Origin: a virus | Lineage: Duplodnaviria > Caudoviricetes | IMG/VR virus record: IMGVR_UViG_3300035208_002115 | DNA length: 64,000 nt | Strand: one strand, 5' to 3' | Shown: positions 49,426-59,723 of the stretch, piece by piece | Position numbering within the stretch: the stretch's first letter is position 1 | Layout: every line of letters starts with the position of its first letter | Made by a program: the position numbers and the translations under genes | Notes under the pieces: model-generated | Databases searched by the model: none | The model's input: the letters and a program-made list of their open reading frames with translations, nothing else | What the model was told of the DNA's origin: nothing

Positions 49426-50351
49426 TAGAAATTATATAAATCGTCTAAAGATTCGATGGGAGTAAAACTGTTTAAATCCATAAGTTTACCAGTGTATAAA
49501 TAATAAATAAAAGCAGTTATTATTTTATTTTGAGAATATTGTTCTATCAAACTTTTTATAGTAAAATATTCACCATATTTTTCTGAGTAATCGGTTTCAA
49601 ATTGTAATAAATATTCGTTGAATAACGTTAAAGAATTATGTTGAATATCTTCATTATCCAGTTTATATTTTGGTATATCTTCGGCCTTTTGTTTGTGAGT
49701 TTTAGATTTTGTAGCCAAATCAACATTCTGGTATAATACTTGCTTTATCTCATCGGGTGTCAAATCTTTTCTCACTTTGGCTAAATTATCAATAATGGTT
49801 TTTTCTATTCTTTGGGCGAATTGAGAATGTGAATTTTTTAGAACTTTAGTAAAATAATCAATTAAATTCTTTCTAAAATTATTATTAAAATCATCAAATT
49901 CTTTCTGAGCTTTTTCTATACCTCTAACATCGCTTTTAACAACAGAAAAATTATCATATTTTAATTTATAATTTTTATATTTAGGTTCACTTTCTATATC
50001 AATTAATAATTGAGTTAGTGTGATACCTTCCCTGTCATCTTTTTCCCAATGGTCTCCCCATTCTCCAGTGAATTTAATATATCTGTCTATGATATAAAAT
50101 TTTCTTTTATTTTCAATCACTGAACAATATACTTTTATTGAATCATCGCCAATCTGTACAAAAAAAATATTTTTATTTTTAATTAATTCAGCCTTAATAT
50201 CCTTTTTTGATGTATATTCTATCCATTCTACATTTGGTTGTAGTGCATAATCTCTCTGAATATTTTGCATTACCTCTTTGGGAACACCCAGAGCAGTTAA
50301 TGAGCTTTTTTCTAATATCTTGGTTATAAAAAGATTATATGATGGTATCAT
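49425..50351 (-). CDS. putative head-packaged protein
   Basis: MIPSYNLFITKILE; ATATATA motif upstream. Confidence 0.6.
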   Translation of the reverse strand: MIPSYNLFITKILEKSSLTALGVPKEVMQNIQRDYALQPNVEWIEYTSKKDIKAELIKNKNIFFVQIGDDSIKVYCSVIENKRKFYIIDRYIKFTGEWGDHWEKDDREGITLTQLLIDIESEPKYKNYKLKYDNFSVVKSDVRGIEKAQKEFDDFNNNFRKNLIDYFTKVLKNSHSQFAQRIEKTIIDNLAKVRKDLTPDEIKQVLYQNVDLATKSKTHKQKAEDIPKYKLDNEDIQHNSLTLFNEYLLQFETDYSEKYGEYFTIKSLIEQYSQNKIITAFIYYLYTGKLMDLNSFTPIESLDDLYNF

Positions 50352-50446
50352 GAAAATATTAATTGATATTTTTATTTTGTAATATATATAAAATTTTTAA
50401 ATATTAAAATGTAAGTCTGCGATTTTTTTTCCTCGATATGTGATTG

Positions 50447-50454
50447 TATATTTG
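50447..50454 (+). promoter_or_regulatory. Bacteroidota -7 element
   Basis: TATATTTG 25 nt before ATG 50479. Confidence 0.5.
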
Positions 50455-50478
50455 TTTAATAAATTAAAATATACGGAT

Positions 50479-50979
50479 ATGATAAAATGGATAATAATAA
50501 CAGTATTAGTTCTCGTCATCATGAGTAATATCAAGGGTGGTATTGAACTATTAGGTCAGATAATAAAGACTGGTTTTAATCTCCTAAAGAATTCATTGGG
50601 TATGTTTTTATTTCTTTTATTGATAGTTGCCTTGTATTTTCATGGAGAAAACCCAGATAATAAAATTTATTCCGACCTTTCTAAAGAAAAAATAGAAAGT
50701 TATGAGCCACATTTTAAATGTTCTATGCTGGTGATAGATTGTGAAAAAGAACTTTATACCATTAAATCTCTTAAAGATGGTGAAATTTATACTCATGTAC
50801 AGAAAATGAATAAGGCGGTTAAAGTTGACCTTATCAATAAATATTCCAGAATTGTTCTAATACGCCCTAAATGTGATGAATTTGAAGTCGATACTTTTAA
50901 TATTGGGGAAATTCGATTCAGAGATGGGGACACATACGTGGATTATAAAAGAGGTGGTAAAGTATTTGAATATAGATAA
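50479..50979 (+). CDS. membrane protein
   Basis: Two TM segments; start reassigned to MIKWII. Confidence 0.65.
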   Translation: MIKWIIITVLVLVIMSNIKGGIELLGQIIKTGFNLLKNSLGMFLFLLLIVALYFHGENPDNKIYSDLSKEKIESYEPHFKCSMLVIDCEKELYTIKSLKDGEIYTHVQKMNKAVKVDLINKYSRIVLIRPKCDEFEVDTFNIGEIRFRDGDTYVDYKRGGKVFEYR

Positions 50980-51213
50980 ATGGAAAAACAAGCCGATTAT
51001 ATAAAAGAAAGAATGTCTTTTTTTGCGATGGATATAGATTCATTTGTAATTGGAGAAAAAATTAAAGATATTGATAATACTTTATGCGAAATAACTAATA
51101 AAACAGTTAATAGTATTGAAGTTTTTATTAAACACAAAACAGACCAAGGTGTCGATTGTAAACAATGGTTTTCAATGGATAAATTTCATAAAAGATTTAA
51201 AACAATAAAATGA
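50980..51213 (+). CDS. hypothetical protein
   Basis: ORF track. Confidence 0.7.
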   Translation: MEKQADYIKERMSFFAMDIDSFVIGEKIKDIDNTLCEITNKTVNSIEVFIKHKTDQGVDCKQWFSMDKFHKRFKTIK

Positions 51214-51605
51214 TGAAAACCTCGAATTTTTTAATATATTCATTGATGTTATTATCAACTTTATTTGTAATTATAATTGGTTTCTTCTGTTATGTATCAT
51301 TTGAGTTATCGATAGCCTCAAATTTTTTTGAAAAATATGATATAATTAAAAAGTATAATATACTGCATAGTATGTGGTATATCACTATATTTTTAATTTT
51401 ATTTATATTTTTATTTTGTTATATAGTATTTTTGTTAATTAGAGAGCGATTTAGAATGAAAATAGAACTGACAAAGGATGATATTATAAAAATTGTTTAT
51501 CCATGCTCGGCTGCCAAATATTTTAGTGTTGATAATAAAAGTTACCTTTACCAACAAATGATAGATTCTTCTGAAAATATTATAAATTTAACAAAAATAA
51601 AATAG
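51210..51605 (+). CDS. membrane protein; frame continues through two stops to 51791
   Basis: Two TM segments. Confidence 0.55.
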   Translation: MMKTSNFLIYSLMLLSTLFVIIIGFFCYVSFELSIASNFFEKYDIIKKYNILHSMWYITIFLILFIFLFCYIVFLLIRERFRMKIELTKDDIIKIVYPCSAAKYFSVDNKSYLYQQMIDSSENIINLTKIK

Positions 51606-51794
51606 TATGTCTGTTATGAAAAAAAAGTAAAAACTATAAAAGTAAAGATACTTTTTGCTGAAGTGTTGGTTAATGGAGATTACCAATATTTAGTAAGAAA
51701 CCTTTTGATAATATAAATTCCAAATGTTATTCAGACTAAGATAATAGCAGAGTTTAATAAGGCTATGAAAAAAAGAATGGAAAAATTATAATAA

Positions 51795-51820
51795 AAAAAC
51801 CCACTTAATAGTGGGTTTTT
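51795..51820. terminator. bidirectional intrinsic terminator
   Basis: aaaaacccact-taat-agtgggttttt. Confidence 0.8.
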
Positions 51821-51842
51821 AATATTGTAAATATCGTATAAA

Positions 51843-52823
51843 TTATTTACTTTCAACATTGAAGAAATTATCAACATCATTGTCTTCTTCTACTTTATCG
51901 AAAGAAAAATCATCACTTGAATTATCGTCAGTTGTAGCACTAAATGTTTCTTTTGAAGCTTTACCGATAGATGACTTTGCACCAGATATACCAGAACCAT
52001 TAACTAACGAAATGATTTTATCAACCTTATCAACTTCTTCATCTGTCCAAGGTTTTGCTTCATATTCATCTAAGTCTACATCTCTCTTTAATAAAAATTC
52101 TTGTAAACCCTTTTGAATTTTTTCGTTAGTAATAACGATTTTACCAGATTCATTCTTTTCAACTGGTACTTTCTTACCGTTAATTTTAATAGGTGATGCT
52201 TCAAGGAAACTACTTGCATCATAATTGGGATAAACTCCCTGTGGTGTTTTGTTTTCCTTTATAATAAGACGAAAATCTTTACCATTGGCAAGGTCAAAAA
52301 CGTTGCTTTTTATACCATCGAGTTCGCCTTTTTTCTGAGCATTGATTTTTTCTTTTATTTTGAAACCGAATGGATAAATAAGAATTTTACCTTCCAACTC
52401 CTTATTATTTTCATCTTCGATTACCAAAATATAACTGTAATATTTAGTATTACGTTTTATTAATTCCGCTTTCTCTTTATCAGCAGCGTTCTTAGAATTA
52501 TATAATTCCCAGTACGTTGTACAAAGTGGACAATCCGAATTTAAATTCTTTTTACATTCGTAGTAACCTTTTAAATCTGGGTTGTTTAAAAGTTTTGCAT
52601 AATGCAAATGCTTTTCGATTGCTGATGCTCCTACTGTGCCGTCTTTTTTGAAATTTGGAAGAAAACGGATAGTTGCTTTGTAACCCTCTTTTTTGTCAAC
52701 TGCATCTTCTAATGATGGTCTAAATATACCATCTGCGTTTCTTTTCTTTTCATCTAAAAAACTCATTGTACTGTCATCATCCGACATGTCGAATAAATTG
52801 ACTTTCTTTTCTTTTTCACTCAT
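51843..52823 (-). CDS. single-stranded DNA-binding protein (T4 gp32-like)
   Basis: A.IRFLP, H, C......CP.C, Y...LVI.D...EGK..Y.FG.KI, FDL..G..F, NYD.S.F, acidic tail ending DNFF. Confidence 0.88.
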   Translation of the reverse strand: MSEKEKKVNLFDMSDDDSTMSFLDEKKRNADGIFRPSLEDAVDKKEGYKATIRFLPNFKKDGTVGASAIEKHLHYAKLLNNPDLKGYYECKKNLNSDCPLCTTYWELYNSKNAADKEKAELIKRNTKYYSYILVIEDENNKELEGKILIYPFGFKIKEKINAQKKGELDGIKSNVFDLANGKDFRLIIKENKTPQGVYPNYDASSFLEASPIKINGKKVPVEKNESGKIVITNEKIQKGLQEFLLKRDVDLDEYEAKPWTDEEVDKVDKIISLVNGSGISGAKSSIGKASKETFSATTDDNSSDDFSFDKVEEDNDVDNFFNVESK

Positions 52824-52894
52824 AATGCTTGTGATTCTTTTTTGATGCTTTAAGTTGCCCTAAATGCATTTTTTGCTATAAAAGCTAATTATTA

Positions 52895-52922
52895 CTTATA
52901 TAATGCCTCAATAAAAAAGTTT
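52895..52922 (-). promoter_or_regulatory. AAAC-N18-TATAAG motif upstream of the SSB gene
   Basis: Reverse-complement exact match. Confidence 0.6.
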
Positions 52923-53015
52923 GAAAAACTTTATAACTATATATTAAAAAATAAAAGTCTAAAAATACCAAACCCATATTTTTATATATATGAATAAATA
53001 ATAATAAGGTTTATT

Positions 53016-54782
53016 ATGATTTCTAATATCTCAAATGCTGTTAAAATAATACCTAAAATAGATAACAAGGATAGTTTCATAAAACTATACACTAATGTTA
53101 ATAGTAATTTTTTGGTTGGTGATAGGGTTTATATTTTATCTTATAATTCGGGTGATACTAACGCTGATTTAGATAATTACACATATTACACATCAAGAAG
53201 TGGAACATCCTATGGAGAGATATCATGTGAACAATATTTACAGGGATATTTAGTAAAGGAAATCGATATTAATACTAATTCTATTGTTATTAATCGTTTA
53301 TATTCATCAATACCAGATATTAGCGGTATAACATCAGATAATTTTTTCATTTCAAAAACTATTATATTTAATAGTACTATCACTGGCGGTGAATTAAATG
53401 GTGTGGTTTTAAAGAATACAGCGATAGATAATTCATTAGAAAATGTAAAATGGATTCAGGGAATTGTATTGGGAGGTTCTATAAATAATTTGGTTTTAAG
53501 TGATAAATATGAAAGTATGACATTATCTTTAAATTCGGTAGTGAATAATGGCGGTGTATCATCATATTATACATACAATAATGATACCTATGGTTATAGT
53601 GTTTTTTCTGGTAAAACTTCGTTAACAATAAATATGCCGACTATTTATAATGGATATTTCTACAATAGTGTTTTAACTGGTTATTTTAGTAGCACACCAG
53701 TTAATTATCCGATAATTTATAACGGATATTATGAATTATGTGATTTTGATAATAATTTTAAATTCAATAATGGGTATTATAAGATGTCGAATATAAATAG
53801 TGTTACATCACTATGGAATTATGGTATATTAGACCCAGTTGATATATCTATCTATGAATTTCACCCTATAATTTGGTATGATGGTATATGGGAATCAAGT
53901 AATACACCTATATCATCATTAACATGGGAAACTGGTGTATTTAATGGTGATACTTTCACATCTTCTTGTGAATGGCGAAATGGTATTTTTAATGGTGTCC
54001 AGTTTTTAGGTACTTGGGCTAATGGTACATTTAATAAGGGATTTTTTAATACTACTTCGTGGGTAAATGGTATATTTAATGATGGAATATTCTCATCGAC
54101 AAGTACTTGGCAAAAAGGTACATTTAATAATGGTACATTTTATGGTATTTGGAATGATGGTGTATTTAATAATGGGACTTTTGGAACAGGCGCAACTTGG
54201 ACAACTGGTACTTTTAACAATGGTATTTTTAGTAATAGTTTATGGTCAAACGGTACATGGAATAATGGTTTCTTTGACAATTCCACTTGGGTAATTGGTA
54301 ATTGGTATAACGGTACTATGTCAGCATCGGATTGGTATGATGGTTATTTTTATAATGGGACAATAAATTTAGATACTTTGTGGTATAATGGTATTTTTTA
54401 TTTCGGTAATTTTAATGATAGTACATGGTTGAATGGTGAGTGGAATAATGGACTTATGAGTAATTCTAATTTCCAAAGTGGTGTATGGTGGGATGGTGTG
54501 TTTACTGGTGGTAATATAGGCGTTATGGGTGGTGCTGAAACGGTAAATTGGTATAGTGGTAATTTTAATAATGGTTATTTTTGGCAAAATTCACAATGGT
54601 ATACTGGTTCTTTCCATAATGGTTCTTTTAATGGAATTTGGAATAATGGTATTTTTTATAATGGTACATTTACTGGTAGCGGTTCACCTACAATATTACA
54701 TAAAGCTTTTGAACCATATCAAAAACAAAAATTCATCAGGAACTTAGGTAAACCTTTAAATATTAAAATAAAAATTAAATAA
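53016..54782 (+). CDS. W/F-x-x-G-x pentapeptide repeat (beta-helix) protein, probably virion-associated
   Basis: Dozens of W.NG.F..G.F repeats in the C-terminal half. Confidence 0.7.
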   Translation: MISNISNAVKIIPKIDNKDSFIKLYTNVNSNFLVGDRVYILSYNSGDTNADLDNYTYYTSRSGTSYGEISCEQYLQGYLVKEIDINTNSIVINRLYSSIPDISGITSDNFFISKTIIFNSTITGGELNGVVLKNTAIDNSLENVKWIQGIVLGGSINNLVLSDKYESMTLSLNSVVNNGGVSSYYTYNNDTYGYSVFSGKTSLTINMPTIYNGYFYNSVLTGYFSSTPVNYPIIYNGYYELCDFDNNFKFNNGYYKMSNINSVTSLWNYGILDPVDISIYEFHPIIWYDGIWESSNTPISSLTWETGVFNGDTFTSSCEWRNGIFNGVQFLGTWANGTFNKGFFNTTSWVNGIFNDGIFSSTSTWQKGTFNNGTFYGIWNDGVFNNGTFGTGATWTTGTFNNGIFSNSLWSNGTWNNGFFDNSTWVIGNWYNGTMSASDWYDGYFYNGTINLDTLWYNGIFYFGNFNDSTWLNGEWNNGLMSNSNFQSGVWWDGVFTGGNIGVMGGAETVNWYSGNFNNGYFWQNSQWYTGSFHNGSFNGIWNNGIFYNGTFTGSGSPTILHKAFEPYQKQKFIRNLGKPLNIKIKIK

Positions 54783-54799
54783 AAAATAATAAAAATAAA

Positions 54800-55624
54800 A
54801 TGTTAGAAATTTTAAAGAAAATATGGGGATTCCTTAAAAATCCAAAAAATGGAAAGTTAATTTATTTTTCAATTATAATATTACTTTTCATAGCACTGTT
54901 GTCACAATGTAATTCAAATAGAAGGTTAAGAAATGATGCTTTTATAAGTGAACATAATATCGCTGCGTTACAAGACACTGTTATAACAGTTAAAAATAAA
55001 GTTGGTGAACTTCAACAGGAAAAAATTCTTTTGATTACTTCTAAGAAAACACTGGAAGATTTTAGTAAAGAATTAGCAGCCGAGTTAGAAAAACAAAAAG
55101 GTCGTGTTATTTATATTTCTAATATGCTGGCTCAATTGAAAAGTGATAATGCTGCATTGAAAGCAGAAAATAACACATTAAAAGATTCCTTGGCAAATAT
55201 TATAGTGGATGGAACAAATGTTACGTATTTGTATTGGGACTTTTCAAAAGTTTATGATGATTATAATTATAGAGTAATAAAAGGCCATACCGCATTTGTT
55301 CTTGACACTACAACTAACGGAATTACATCTAAGGGGTCAGAACTGTCTAATTTTGATATGGGTTTTAATATAACTACTGGTATTCGTGAAGAAGAAAAAA
55401 AATTAAGAATATTTATAAAATCTAATTATCCAGATTTAACATTCACAAATATCGAAGGTTCGTTAGTTGACCCACAAAAATCGGATGTTATTAAAAAATT
55501 GATACCACAACATAAGTGGACTTTTGGCCCACAACTTGGTGTTGGTGCGGTTTATTTTAACGGAACTATAAAACCATCTATATATTTTGGCATTGGTGGT
55601 CAATATACTTTATTTGGGTTTTAA
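54800..55624 (+). CDS. membrane-anchored coiled-coil protein (spanin-like lysis candidate)
   Basis: N-terminal TM, coiled coil, C-terminal amphipathic beta strands ending in F; adjacent to a hydrolase. Confidence 0.45.
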   Translation: MLEILKKIWGFLKNPKNGKLIYFSIIILLFIALLSQCNSNRRLRNDAFISEHNIAALQDTVITVKNKVGELQQEKILLITSKKTLEDFSKELAAELEKQKGRVIYISNMLAQLKSDNAALKAENNTLKDSLANIIVDGTNVTYLYWDFSKVYDDYNYRVIKGHTAFVLDTTTNGITSKGSELSNFDMGFNITTGIREEEKKLRIFIKSNYPDLTFTNIEGSLVDPQKSDVIKKLIPQHKWTFGPQLGVGAVYFNGTIKPSIYFGIGGQYTLFGF

Positions 55625-55626
55625 AT

Positions 55627-56253
55627 ATGAGAATAAAAAAATTTAAAGTTTTTTATTATTCTTTATTGATAATATTAATAGCTGTAATAGCCTTTTTGTG
55701 TTATGCTTATTTTGATATTAAAAAGGAATGTGATAAAAATAAAAATATTAATTCAGAAATTATTCAATTATTTCAAAATGATATTGAATTATCTAATGAT
55801 TCTATCGATTATCTTAAAATCGAAAGAGATTCATTAGTGAAAGTATTCACCAAACAGTTAGAAATTAATAGAAATTTATATAAATTTAATTGGGAGAATG
55901 TGTGTTACTGGGTGGATTATTATCAAATAAAACATCCAGATATAGTTAAAGGTCAAATTTTATTAGAAACTAATTTTTTAACTTCAGAAGTATGTCGATA
56001 CAATCATAATTTGTTTGGCATGAAGTTACCTATTAATAAAAAAGGTCGAAAAGGTATTGGTTTATATAAAAGTCATGCTGTGTATAATAACTACATTGAA
56101 AGTATAGAAGATTATAAAATATGGCAAGATAGATATTATAAATATAATGACGATTATTATAAATTTTTAAAACGCATTGGATACGCTAAAGATGATAAAT
56201 ATATTTCGAAATTAAAACATATTATTAAATATGATATATTGAAGGAAAAATAA
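55627..56253 (+). CDS. glucosaminidase (GH73-like) peptidoglycan hydrolase
   Basis: Q.LLET, HNLFGMK, ESIEDY, GYA.D..Y..KL; N-terminal TM. Confidence 0.8.
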   Translation: MRIKKFKVFYYSLLIILIAVIAFLCYAYFDIKKECDKNKNINSEIIQLFQNDIELSNDSIDYLKIERDSLVKVFTKQLEINRNLYKFNWENVCYWVDYYQIKHPDIVKGQILLETNFLTSEVCRYNHNLFGMKLPINKKGRKGIGLYKSHAVYNNYIESIEDYKIWQDRYYKYNDDYYKFLKRIGYAKDDKYISKLKHIIKYDILKEK

Positions 56254-56335
56254 ATTTTAATATATAGATAAATTTAGAATGATAAAAAAGGATTATTTTA
56301 AATTAATATATAAATAAAAAATATAAAAAGTTAAT

Positions 56336-56818
56336 ATGGAAAACATAACTGGATTTAATGATTTCAAAGATAAAAAACACGGTTCAAAATTGAACGAAGG
56401 TGTTATAAAGATTGGTAACGCTTATGTACTTAGCGATATTGAAGTGCCTGTTTCATTAGTAAATGCTTTTATTAAGAAGGTTAAAGATGAAACTCAGAGG
56501 AATTTGCGTGAATTTATGTCTGATTCAGATGTTGCTTATAGATTATTAAAATATTGTGTTGAAAATAATATGCTTATTGATAATCTTCCAAGTAGCATAA
56601 TATTTAGTGAAGAAGGTGGTAATGTTGAAGTTACTGATGATATGGGTGGTCAAGTTCAAACATCAGGACAGACACAAGCTCAGACTCAGCCAGCAGCTCA
56701 GACTCAGCCAGCAGCTCAACCAGCAGCTCAACAGACAACTCAACCTAATGCTACTCAAACTCAACAAACAGTACAGGAAATACCTGCACAAGAGACTGGT
56801 AGTATACAGGCTATTTAA
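56336..56818 (+). CDS. CTS-tagged protein with Q/T/P/A low-complexity tail
   Basis: ITGFNDF...LNE; QTQPAA tandem repeats; TAATATATA at 56304. Confidence 0.7.
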   Translation: MENITGFNDFKDKKHGSKLNEGVIKIGNAYVLSDIEVPVSLVNAFIKKVKDETQRNLREFMSDSDVAYRLLKYCVENNMLIDNLPSSIIFSEEGGNVEVTDDMGGQVQTSGQTQAQTQPAAQTQPAAQPAAQQTTQPNATQTQQTVQEIPAQETGSIQAI

Positions 56819-56841
56819 AAGGTAAAAAAGAAAATATTTAA

Positions 56842-56877
56842 AAAGTCAACGGAAATAACCTTTTCGTTGATTTTTTT
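56842..56877 (+). terminator. intrinsic terminator-like hairpin
   Basis: tcaacg...cgttga followed by a T-tract. Confidence 0.5.
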
Positions 56878-56928
56878 ATTAAAAACGACTTTTAAAATAA
56901 AATATATAATAAAAAACAAATTGATATT

Positions 56929-57522
56929 TTGGCTAAAATTAAAAACTTTAACGATTTTAAAAAAACAACAGAAAGTCATAGTGTAAGTGAACCTGTTGTT
57001 AAAGAACCCAAAGTACTTGAACCTAAAATGAAAGAACCAAAGGTACGAGAACCTAATGTTAAAAGGAAAGGTGCGTTCAATGTTGTAAAGCCTATGATTA
57101 AAAAGCCAATTATAAAAGAACCAACTATAAAAAAAGAAAACGTGAATAATACATTAGAAGATTTATTTAAGAATATCAAATTTGTTAATAAAATAGCAGT
57201 TTTTGAAAAGGTTATAAAAGCTCATGATGCATTTTTGTTTTTGGAATCTGCTAAAATTGATAATAATAAGTTGTGGTATTTCTTAATGGAAAGAAATGAT
57301 ACAACCTTACAGATTGTTAAATATAATCCAAAAGAAGGCTTTAACTTAAAAGAATTAGTAGAAGGTGTCATCACACATTATAAGTCATTAGAATCGATTA
57401 AAAAGCATTTAAATGAAAATATTACGGTGGATGGTTCTAAAGAATATGTTGTGATATCTAATTTAACACCTGTTATGAAAGCTATCATTAAAAATGATTT
57501 GGTAAAATTACTATCTAAATAA
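56929..57522 (+). CDS. CTS-tagged protein with KEP repeats; paralogue of 14285-14662
   Basis: KIKNFNDF; KEPK/EP repeats; shared C-terminal domain. Confidence 0.7.
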   Translation: MAKIKNFNDFKKTTESHSVSEPVVKEPKVLEPKMKEPKVREPNVKRKGAFNVVKPMIKKPIIKEPTIKKENVNNTLEDLFKNIKFVNKIAVFEKVIKAHDAFLFLESAKIDNNKLWYFLMERNDTTLQIVKYNPKEGFNLKELVEGVITHYKSLESIKKHLNENITVDGSKEYVVISNLTPVMKAIIKNDLVKLLSK

Positions 57523-57523
57523 T

Positions 57524-57985
57524 ATGAAAATATTAACCTTCGAATCTTATGATATAATAGATTCTGTGAGGAAAGATTTCAACGATTACTATTATTATTT
57601 CCGAAGTGCTAACCATGACTATCAAGTTAGAATTACTGAATTTAACAATTCTAAATATTATTCTGTCGGATTTCGAGCTAAAACAGATAATGAATATTTT
57701 TATGATATGTCTATAATTGTTAATGAAAACCCATATAAATTAATGGAAACAATAATTGGGATATGTGAAAAATTCATTGATGATTTAAACGAAAAAATAA
57801 CCGAGGTAAACAACAAGATAAAGGTTAATATGTCTATTGATGATATTTTTAAGGGATTTGTATTTAGTTTTACTGGAAATTTACAAAAAAATTATCAGCG
57901 ATTACAACTTTATAAACGTTATATACCAAATGATTGGAAAATATCATTTTCTGGAAATAAATACATTATTACTAAAAATATTTAA
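57524..57985 (+). CDS. CTS-tagged hypothetical protein
   Basis: MKILTFESY; Y.V.F...R..LY.RY. Confidence 0.7.
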   Translation: MKILTFESYDIIDSVRKDFNDYYYYFRSANHDYQVRITEFNNSKYYSVGFRAKTDNEYFYDMSIIVNENPYKLMETIIGICEKFIDDLNEKITEVNNKIKVNMSIDDIFKGFVFSFTGNLQKNYQRLQLYKRYIPNDWKISFSGNKYIITKNI

Positions 57986-58608
57986 CTTTTCTTTTTCTTC
58001 TTATCCATAGTTGAATCTTTATACTCATCCAATTCTTTATTAATAAGTCTAAGGTCGATTATTTTTATTTTATCGGATTGTTCTATTTCGGGTGCTTTTT
58101 CTTCACCAGTATTAATACTTGAAAGTTCATCTTTTAATTCTTTGTAGAAATCTTTCATTCGTTTTTGTATATCATATAACATTTTAATACTGTCTCGGAT
58201 TTCTTTCTGGAATGTACCAACTGCCTCATACATTTCTGGGTGATTAACACCACTGTCTATTTGTTCCATTAAGTTAATTAAAGCTCTTTTGGACATAGAT
58301 AATGAAAATTTCAAATCACACAATGATTGAGCATCATTTTGAATTATATTATTAACGTTTTTTCTATTTACTATTTCATCGGTTAGATATAAACTTGAAA
58401 GACAATTTAGAGTTTCTTGACATTCTTCACGTATTTTTTCCACTTCACCTTTATAATCAAAGTGTACTACATTCAAATCGATACCAGGCACTTCATCTGG
58501 GAAGAAATTATCTGGGTCAATATTTATTTCTGTTATTTCCTGTTCTAAGATTTCAATACTATCTCTAATTCTATCTTTCTCTTGTTTTATTGAATCATCG
58601 TCATTCAT
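57982..58608 (-). CDS. helical hypothetical protein (late)
   Basis: ORF track; ATATATA motif upstream. Confidence 0.7.
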   Translation of the reverse strand: MNDDDSIKQEKDRIRDSIEILEQEITEINIDPDNFFPDEVPGIDLNVVHFDYKGEVEKIREECQETLNCLSSLYLTDEIVNRKNVNNIIQNDAQSLCDLKFSLSMSKRALINLMEQIDSGVNHPEMYEAVGTFQKEIRDSIKMLYDIQKRMKDFYKELKDELSSINTGEEKAPEIEQSDKIKIIDLRLINKELDEYKDSTMDKKKKKS

Positions 58609-58702
58609 AGTTATTTATCTATTTTTATGTATATATTTAATTTTGAAAGTTCAATATTCTCAACATTTAATTTAATATATAATATTAAAATAAATTTATA
58701 TT

Positions 58703-59203
58703 ATGAAATTTCTAATGCTTTTCGAGGAATATTCAAGTTATCAAACAAAAGTTTTGGATGATTTATTAGATAAAATTTCAAAGAACGGTGTTGATTCATT
58801 AACACCTGAAGAAAAAATTCAATTAAAAAATATCGAAGATATTAAATCTCCAGAAGTCCAAAAATTATTAAAAAATAATGAAGAACCAGCCGAACAATCT
58901 ATATTTGATTCTGAAAATATAATAAATAAAAAATATTACGATTCGACAAATGAAATTTGTTTTCTATTGAAAAAAATTGAGAATGAATCAACTGGAGTTG
59001 TTTATATTGGTGAGATTCATTTTAGATATAAGATTTATAAGGGTTACTTAGTTAAAGATAAAGAGACCGAACAATCTGATTATAAATTTATATCTGAAAA
59101 TGATGAAGAATTTGACCCCGTTGATTATGATTTACATTATGAGTTTGATGGATTGATAGAAGAAATATTTTATGATGATACGATTAATAAAAATATAAAT
59201 TAA
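58703..59203 (+). CDS. CTS-tagged hypothetical protein
   Basis: MKFLMLFEEY; LD.LLDKIS..G..SLT.EEK..L. Confidence 0.7.
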   Translation: MKFLMLFEEYSSYQTKVLDDLLDKISKNGVDSLTPEEKIQLKNIEDIKSPEVQKLLKNNEEPAEQSIFDSENIINKKYYDSTNEICFLLKKIENESTGVVYIGEIHFRYKIYKGYLVKDKETEQSDYKFISENDEEFDPVDYDLHYEFDGLIEEIFYDDTINKNIN

Positions 59204-59210
59204 AACATTT

Positions 59211-59723
59211 ATGAAAAATTATAAACAATTTCTTGAAAATCTTGGTTCTGGTGCATACGCATCATTCGCTAATGATTCTGGCGAGAACTTTTGGGGTAAC
59301 GTGGGTGGTGGAGTATTACCAATATGCACTGAAACTAAAAGAATATTATTACCTTTTCGTTCAGGATATGTAAATGAGCCTCATTGTTTTGGAGTTTGGG
59401 GTGGTAAAATAGATGAAGAATATGGTCAGACCGAAGATGATATTATGGATGTGGTAAAACGTGAATTCATGGAAGAATCTGGTTATGACAGTGAAATTAA
59501 ATTAATACCAGCATACATTTTTAAAACTTCCAATAATTCGTTTACATATTATAATTTCATTGGGTTGTTAGATGAAGAATTCGACCCCGAATTAAATTGG
59601 GAAACCGAAAGTTACAAATGGGTTACATTCGATGAAATGATAGAAATTAAACCTAAACATTTCGGGTTGGTTGGTTTATTAAAACACGATTCAAATAAAA
59701 TAAGAAATTATTGTAATGCTTAA
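59211..59723 (+). CDS. CTS-tagged Nudix hydrolase
   Basis: MKNYKQFLE; WGG.......E......REFMEESG Nudix box. Confidence 0.85.
   Translation: MKNYKQFLENLGSGAYASFANDSGENFWGNVGGGVLPICTETKRILLPFRSGYVNEPHCFGVWGGKIDEEYGQTEDDIMDVVKREFMEESGYDSEIKLIPAYIFKTSNNSFTYYNFIGLLDEEFDPELNWETESYKWVTFDEMIEIKPKHFGLVGLLKHDSNKIRNYCNA

Noticed and set aside
3362-57179. Antisense or out-of-frame ORFs in the track (e.g. 3362, 4900, 9757, 11061, 22552, 23422, 42323, 48647, 51859, 54067, 56607)
   Set aside because: They lie wholly over better-supported genes and have shadow-like composition
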